A DNA stretch of 64,000 bases from a virus: IMG/VR virus record IMGVR_UViG_3300029953_000012, positions 1 to 64,000 of that record; one strand, given 5' to 3'. The first letter of the stretch is position 1, and every line of letters begins with the position of its first letter. The notes below the pieces were generated by a model that saw only the letters and a program-made list of their open reading frames with translations, was not told the DNA's origin and did no database searches. The position numbers and the translations under genes are program-made. Of this stretch, positions 58,681-64,000 are shown one piece after another.

Positions 58681-59499
58681 TTAAGCAGCCTTGGCTTCAA
58701 CCACTTCGGTCGTTACTGGCGGAATTTCTTTTTCTTCCTTAATTGCATACTCGGTTACGCTAAGATTATAGTTTTCTTCAGCAGATTTAAAGTCGTCAAG
58801 TTTGACTTCTGTTCCTACGGTTTGCCAAAAAGATACAAAATATGAGAGTTTCTTTATAACTTCATTCATAAATGGGTCACTTTTTTCCTCAATTTCATCA
58901 AGAGTTTTCATTCTAGCATCGAAGTCACCCTCACCGAAAACCGGCTTATATCCCTTATCATCCAAATCGACTAAACTAATATTCAATATCCAAAATTCTA
59001 TCGTTTCAGCCCTACTCTTAGCTTCGGCGGTATTAGAGAAAATTTCCGAATAGTTGTTTTGAATATCGCGGATGGTTTTGTTAATTTCATTTAACTCAAA
59101 AATAATAGCCGCTCGACGTTCAGTTTGAAAGTCGGTAAGTGGAGATTTCATGGCAAAGTACTCTTCCTGAAGTTTTACGTAAGTATCTCGTAATGATTGC
59201 ATTAACCGCTTCTCATCTTCACTCAATGGACCACCATCATTAAGATAACGCTTCGACACTAGAGAATGAGGTAGGAGTCCTTCTTTGAGAAAATAACTTA
59301 GTCTTTTGGCGTAAAATATTTCAGCCTCTTTATACTTTTTGCGGTCGGGTTTAAGAACGGCAATTTTAAAAGGTTTATTTTTTTTGACAGTCTTGATAAC
59401 TTCGATAGTCTCGCCATTTTCAATGCGGGTTTCTGGGACTTTTTCCTCGATTTCCTTTAGTACTGTCGATTCGTAGATGTATTTTTGAACTTTTTCCAT
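58681..59499 (-). CDS. Putative tail assembly chaperone 1
   Basis: Charged coiled-coil protein between the tail tube and the tape measure. Confidence 0.5.
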   Translation of the reverse strand: MEKVQKYIYESTVLKEIEEKVPETRIENGETIEVIKTVKKNKPFKIAVLKPDRKKYKEAEIFYAKRLSYFLKEGLLPHSLVSKRYLNDGGPLSEDEKRLMQSLRDTYVKLQEEYFAMKSPLTDFQTERRAAIIFELNEINKTIRDIQNNYSEIFSNTAEAKSRAETIEFWILNISLVDLDDKGYKPVFGEGDFDARMKTLDEIEEKSDPFMNEVIKKLSYFVSFWQTVGTEVKLDDFKSAEENYNLSVTEYAIKEEKEIPPVTTEVVEAKAA

Positions 59500-59509
59500 A
59501 GTAGTAGTA

Positions 59510-59782
59510 TTATAGTATAATTGGGGTTGATGTGATAGTCTTTCGATAGATAATTCTTTTAGACGCTTCCTCTACGCGTTGCGCGTTGATAACGAAATCA
59601 AAATAACTTAAAAATTGAAGTATTTCTCTGAGGGTGTCGTTGGAAGAATCTAGAACTTTCTTGCGAATAGCAGCGTGTTTTTCATCGTCTAATTTTAAGT
59701 CCTCTACTAAACCAAGGTAGTATTTAAATAAAGCCTTAATTTCCTTTTCCATCTGTAATTTAATAATACAATCTTCAACCAT
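59510..59782 (-). CDS. Hypothetical protein
   Basis: Late-promoter motif and AAGGA upstream. Confidence 0.7.
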   Translation of the reverse strand: MVEDCIIKLQMEKEIKALFKYYLGLVEDLKLDDEKHAAIRKKVLDSSNDTLREILQFLSYFDFVINAQRVEEASKRIIYRKTITSTPIIL

Positions 59783-59821
59783 AATTATTCCTTTATCCTA
59801 TATTATTATACACATTAAAAC

Positions 59822-59846
59822 AAAAAAACCCCGCCGAAGCGGGGTT
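59822..59846 (-). terminator. Rho-independent terminator after the tail tube gene
   Basis: AACCCCGC-TTCG-GCGGGGTT followed by a T tract on the minus strand. Confidence 0.9.
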
Positions 59847-59865
59847 GTAAATTTCACTATTACGA

Positions 59866-60777
59866 TTAAGCACCGTATGCAGGACCGAATCCAGTAATAT
59901 TGATACCAGTCTGAACATATCCACTGATAACTATATCAGTAAGGGTGGCAGAAACGTCTTCGGCGGAATAACTAAAGGACGCACTAACCTGACCAGCGGC
60001 GTTGCTGAACGAACGAGAATTAACCTTACCGTGAGGAAGGATGATGTTAATAGTTCCAATAGAAACACCTTGAGCCAAAACAGCATCAAGAATTGTTGGG
60101 TCAACGCCGTAACCTTCTACGGTCATACTTGTCTTGTAAGGAGCTTTAGTAGCGATAATGCTAATCAAATTACCCTGAGTAGCATTAGGGTTGTCACCCA
60201 AAGCGGAAAGATTTTCTGTTGGTAAATCATAGGAAAATTTAACAGATGTCGCAGCGACACCACTCAATAAGCCAGAACTTCCAACAGACATTGTAGTAAT
60301 AGGCGAAATAGCAAGAGGAGCAGCGCCAGCTACCAATCCAGTAGCTCCACTAGGCTGCACGATATAAGGATTACCAACACCAGCGAATCCAAGGTCAAAC
60401 ATACCAAGAGCACCCATTGAAATATCAAGACCCAAATTTGTAAGAACACCAGTCATTGAAAAACCATCAGGAGCCACGGTAATAACAATACCACCCGCAC
60501 CAGTGCCGGTTTGAGTAGCAGAAATTAAAGCGTTAATAACAGCAGCAGAAAGGGTTGTGATACCGGAACCTGAACCCAAATAACCCTTTAAACTAGATTT
60601 ACAAGTGGTTAATGCGGTTTGAGCTAAGTTTAATGAATTAAACGAACCGAATGAAGTAATAGCTTCAACCGGACGATTAACTTCGATGTTTGCGTGGTTG
60701 ATTGGGAGAACAACTGTTGTCCCACCATAAGTAAGACTACCACTTTGAGCGAAATATGCGATTCTATTTATTGCCAT
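59866..60777 (-). CDS. Probable major tail tube protein
   Basis: G/S/A/T-rich 303 aa, two-fold internal similarity, own promoter and strong terminator, upstream of the chaperones and tape measure. Confidence 0.65.
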   Translation of the reverse strand: MAINRIAYFAQSGSLTYGGTTVVLPINHANIEVNRPVEAITSFGSFNSLNLAQTALTTCKSSLKGYLGSGSGITTLSAAVINALISATQTGTGAGGIVITVAPDGFSMTGVLTNLGLDISMGALGMFDLGFAGVGNPYIVQPSGATGLVAGAAPLAISPITTMSVGSSGLLSGVAATSVKFSYDLPTENLSALGDNPNATQGNLISIIATKAPYKTSMTVEGYGVDPTILDAVLAQGVSIGTINIILPHGKVNSRSFSNAAGQVSASFSYSAEDVSATLTDIVISGYVQTGINITGFGPAYGA

Positions 60778-60853
60778 AATGAAATTTTCCTATTTTAGTA
60801 TCTAGGTTTATTTACAGTAAAATTGTCGTCTTGGGAAATCATTATTTGATTTT

Positions 60854-61684
60854 TTATTGGTGTGTGGCCCATAGGGAGATAGAAAAATCTACGGTACTAA
60901 ATTGGCGAGTTGAATCGGTATATGACTCGCTATTTGGCATGTCAGTAATTGTTACCTTACGAACAAATGGGGAATACGCACCATAATAAGACGAACCAAA
61001 GTAATTATAATTAATTCCTGTATAATTTCCAAGGTAATCAAAACTTGTGCTCGCAATAAGGGGGAATTGTTTTAGTTTGAGGTTTTTTAATATATTACTT
61101 ATACCCACTCGTTGGTAGGCGTTTTGACATACTATGACGCCGCGAATCCTCATAAAATTATCATCTAGCCCAGCAAACGCAAGGTCTTTTGCTTCTTGTG
61201 TTTTTGGAATTAGAAATATAGCTGGCATGACTTTTTCACCTAATGGTACACCCGTCGCTTGTTGTGAATATTTTGGATTTGATGAAAATTTTGTATCCAT
61301 AACTACCTTGTAATCAAGTGAATCTGATAAATACACGTTAAAATCTTTTATAGAAAAATTTCCACTAATAATGGTTCCACTTGGTAAAGGATTACTAAAA
61401 CTTACATTTCCATCGTAATGGTTGATTTTAGAAAGCCCGCTGGTTCCAATACCCACAAATGTATTATTAAGATAAACACCGGACATAATATTAGCCCCCG
61501 AAATCGAAGTATCATTTACAAGTTGTAAATAACTACAAGAATAAGTATAATCTCCTATAAATTCATCATTATCAGGGAAAAAAAGTCCACTCTGGTTTGA
61601 GAAAGAGCTTCCTTGGGTAAGTATCTGATTATCAAGAAATAACATAAAACTTGATACGAGAAGGTTATCTAACATTGGTATCAT
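60854..61684 (-). CDS. Putative tail terminator/neck protein
   Basis: Position; MPAIFL...FAG.D motif; ATG at 61684 follows GTGTAAGTA. Confidence 0.5.
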   Translation of the reverse strand: MIPMLDNLLVSSFMLFLDNQILTQGSSFSNQSGLFFPDNDEFIGDYTYSCSYLQLVNDTSISGANIMSGVYLNNTFVGIGTSGLSKINHYDGNVSFSNPLPSGTIISGNFSIKDFNVYLSDSLDYKVVMDTKFSSNPKYSQQATGVPLGEKVMPAIFLIPKTQEAKDLAFAGLDDNFMRIRGVIVCQNAYQRVGISNILKNLKLKQFPLIASTSFDYLGNYTGINYNYFGSSYYGAYSPFVRKVTITDMPNSESYTDSTRQFSTVDFSISLWATHQ

Positions 61685-61702
61685 AATCAATTATACTTAC
61701 AC

Positions 61703-62344
61703 TTATGCAAGGAATTTACTGGATGAATTATTAATTCTATTTCTGAAATTTTTTAGAATTTCCGTAATATAAGGTGTCGGAGAAAAATTTTCCTCAGAAT
61801 ACTGGTCTTTAATTTGAAATCCCGACTGAGACCTACTTCCCGACCAAGCCCTAACTATAAAATGGCTTAGAGCCGCTCCACCACCAAAATCACCATTTTC
61901 GACTGCAAAAGCCCACCCTACTCCATTATCACCCCAATTTAATTCAGTGGCTTCCGAAATTTCAGATTTAGTAGGATAATTGGTTATTTTGTAATCAATT
62001 ATATTTCTTTTGGTTGAACTTTTTTCGTAATCAATTTCTCCTAATAATTTTTCCAATTCTTCTGTTGGGTCTTGTCCCTGCCAAAATCCCAAAAATCCAA
62101 ATAAATTACCTTCTCCATTTGTTGTTCCGCTGATATTGGCAGTATCTGGGTCTGACGCCCCGGCTTTAAGTTCTTGTGTCACGGGATGCTCTAAGAAGTT
62201 TTTCATTAGGCTTTGTGACGCTCTACCAAATAAGTTTGCTACGATTAAGTTAGCCTTAACTTGGACTTGTGGCGCAAAAGCGACCCTTTCTTCTAAGGCT
62301 TTTTGAATGGCATTGCGGTCTATGCGGAAGTAGAGAAGGCTCAT
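61703..62344 (-). CDS. Putative neck/tail completion protein (start moved from 62440 to 62344)
   Basis: ATG 1 nt after the upstream stop; position in the head-tail block. Confidence 0.5.
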   Translation of the reverse strand: MSLLYFRIDRNAIQKALEERVAFAPQVQVKANLIVANLFGRASQSLMKNFLEHPVTQELKAGASDPDTANISGTTNGEGNLFGFLGFWQGQDPTEELEKLLGEIDYEKSSTKRNIIDYKITNYPTKSEISEATELNWGDNGVGWAFAVENGDFGGGAALSHFIVRAWSGSRSQSGFQIKDQYSEENFSPTPYITEILKNFRNRINNSSSKFLA

Positions 62345-62345
62345 T

Positions 62346-62801
62346 TTAGATTTTGGGCTTGAGTTGGTACATTGTATAAGTACTTCCAAGAAAAATTCTA
62401 GCCTCGGAAATCCCCTCAAAAACAAAGTCTCTTCCATCAAAACTAAATTTATCAGTTATACCGCTTTCTATAAAAGCCTGAGCATCAGGTCTAACCTTTA
62501 TCCTCACTGCTCCTTCTGGTATAAAAACATTCGTTTCTTTTAATAGGTCGGCTTCACCTATTTTGGTTCTTTCATAATAACGAATAACTGCTGGATATAT
62601 ACCGCTGACAGGCGTATATTGATATTGTTGTTCTTCTGGTGCGTTTCCAAATCCGAACAGTCCAGATGGCTGTTGTGATGCGGGAATGGGTACTTTAATA
62701 GGTGTCTTCCATACCACGACATTTCTTGTAAAAGTTTGAAAGACATTATCGAATAAACCTGTAAGAATACCCTGTTCAGTTGATGTTACGAGACTTGACA
62801 T
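62346..62801 (-). CDS. Putative head-closure protein
   Basis: Size, position and beta-rich C-terminus. Confidence 0.45.
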   Translation of the reverse strand: MSSLVTSTEQGILTGLFDNVFQTFTRNVVVWKTPIKVPIPASQQPSGLFGFGNAPEEQQYQYTPVSGIYPAVIRYYERTKIGEADLLKETNVFIPEGAVRIKVRPDAQAFIESGITDKFSFDGRDFVFEGISEARIFLGSTYTMYQLKPKI

Positions 62802-62810
62802 ACGTTTTCC

Positions 62811-63338
62811 TTAAATCGGACCCGGCCTTATATACCCATTCCATTCTACTCCTTCAAAATGTCCCGGAATACAATCATCTGATGCAACCTGTTGAGGCTG
62901 ACCATGATATGAGCGATAAAAATGAATTTGCATTTGTAATTCTTGAAGTGTGTCTTTTTTAAGAGCGGTAAGTGTTTTTAACAATTCCGATTTATTAACT
63001 TTTTCAATACTGAATTCTTGGTCAGTAGCCTTTAAGACCGAGTCAGTTATGACAGAATTCAACATATTCCTGATGTCTAAATTCGCCTGATATACAAGGT
63101 ACATCAACTTAAAAATCGACGCCGCATTACGTCCTATATACTTAGGATTTCCATTGTTATCAAGGCAGTTTCCGTGTCTGATTTCTAGAGTGGTTGGTTC
63201 GACCCAGAAATCTTCGTAGAGTAACAGGTTTAATTTTGAAACATTAGCCCTCAGAAAAAACGCAATCGCCGCAATAGAAGTCGTCGTAGGCATTCCCTGC
63301 TCAATCCAAATTTCATTTGCTAAATCTACAATCTTCAT
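62811..63338 (-). CDS. Putative head-tail adaptor
   Basis: Helical 175 aa upstream of the closure gene; GTATAAATA upstream. Confidence 0.45.
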   Translation of the reverse strand: MKIVDLANEIWIEQGMPTTTSIAAIAFFLRANVSKLNLLLYEDFWVEPTTLEIRHGNCLDNNGNPKYIGRNAASIFKLMYLVYQANLDIRNMLNSVITDSVLKATDQEFSIEKVNKSELLKTLTALKKDTLQELQMQIHFYRSYHGQPQQVASDDCIPGHFEGVEWNGYIRPGPI

Positions 63339-63360
63339 ATATTTATACTAAATTAATTAT

Positions 63361-63783
63361 TTATTCGCTTATTCCACTACTACCGGATTGCCAACTATTA
63401 GCATATTCCCAAGCGTTACCATATTGCCCACTGGCACCCGACCAAATAGAGTATCCTAATCCCGGAGAAATAAAAACATAACCTTCACTAACGACATAAG
63501 AAAAACCGCTATTATTTACTGAAACGTTATATATTGCTTGAGTAACGGGTAGTTTTGCTGAACCAGAAGAGGTTAGGTTAACATACATCAGACCACTAAC
63601 AAAAGATGGGTCAATTGTAACATTTAATGGCATCAAAGATACATCAGAACCATAACCATAAAATATTTGACCTGTGGTATTATATCCCGATAAATTTATC
63701 ACATTTCCACTTTGGTCTGTGGCGATAACGGTTAGATTTAATGTCGTCCCCTGCTCTATTGAAATATCAAATGGATTTGCCAT
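63361..63783 (-). CDS. Small virion protein (BppU-N-like Ig fold)
   Basis: DISIEQGTTLNL....D..G..INLSGY...QI motif common in large-phage virion proteins. Confidence 0.6.
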   Translation of the reverse strand: MANPFDISIEQGTTLNLTVIATDQSGNVINLSGYNTTGQIFYGYGSDVSLMPLNVTIDPSFVSGLMYVNLTSSGSAKLPVTQAIYNVSVNNSGFSYVVSEGYVFISPGLGYSIWSGASGQYGNAWEYANSWQSGSSGISE

Positions 63784-63784
63784 A

Positions 63785-64000
63785 TTATGTGTTAGACGTT
63801 AAAAGACCATTGGTAAAAGTCATTGTTCCAGTTGCTCCACCCGTTTTAATATATGATATAGTAGTCGATTTACCAGAAACTCCCCCAATAGAATAACTGT
63901 TAGCATTTAATGAGGTAACGTTCCAACTACCCGAAATTATACCATTAAACCAATCAATTAAAACCAAAGAACCAGCTTTTAATTGTCTATTTTGCCAATC
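63785..64000 (-). CDS. C-terminal part of a fibre-like structural protein, running off the window edge
   Basis: Frame is open to 64000 (DWQNRQLKAGSLVLIDWFNG...TFTNGLLT). Confidence 0.6.
   Translation of the reverse strand, partial: DWQNRQLKAGSLVLIDWFNGIISGSWNVTSLNANSYSIGGVSGKSTTISYIKTGGATGTMTFTNGLLTSNT

Noticed and set aside
58660-58740. Programmed -1 frameshift joining the two tail chaperone genes (the downstream ORF is in the -1 frame)
   Set aside because: The -1 frame has a TGA only six codons before the GTG start, and there is no slippery heptamer in that short window.
39255-62440. Long ORF-track starts at 41309 and 62440
   Set aside because: They overlap upstream genes by 80-95 nt; in-frame ATGs 1 nt after the upstream stops (41225, 62344) fit the operon pattern better.
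864-62962. Short ORFs in the track that are antisense to or nested in long genes (e.g. 2475-2816, 13531-13845, 32916-33203, 53180-53464)
   Set aside because: They are shadows of well-supported genes, with no recognisable motifs or expression signals.

Overview
This window is a 64-kb internal segment of a large, AT-rich tailed bacteriophage genome using the standard code; no tRNA, rRNA, CRISPR array or integrase was seen. Left arm (+ strand, 0.1-23.8 kb): a Tad1-like anti-defence gene broken by a TGA; a glycan-biosynthesis cluster (GT4, FkbM, two GT2s, split transketolase, SDR epimerase, methyltransferase, RmlC, Gmd); and a bacterial-type replisome (RecA-like, DnaB with a class 3 intein, DnaG, PD-(D/E)XK nuclease, stand-alone PHP domain, DnaQ-like exonuclease, PHP-less DnaE). 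Right arm (- strand, 23.9-64 kb): tail, baseplate and neck genes, including a 2212-aa tape measure and a probable tail tube. This arm is interrupted by a + strand four-gene cassette (Whirly-like protein, GT4/GT9 pair, Rad52-like protein) and by a GIY-YIG homing endonuclease. Main hunt results: (1) a pseudoknotted RNA motif present twice with compensatory changes, once as the GIY-YIG leader and once as an orphan; (2) a probable virion O-glycosylation system, inferred from about 13 glyco-genes plus strong [S/T]-G enrichment in outer structural proteins; (3) a -10-only late promoter motif G(T/C)GTAWWWA; (4) apparent avoidance of GATC and CCWGG; (5) a Whirly-like phage protein. All family assignments come from motif recognition by eye; no database search was run.
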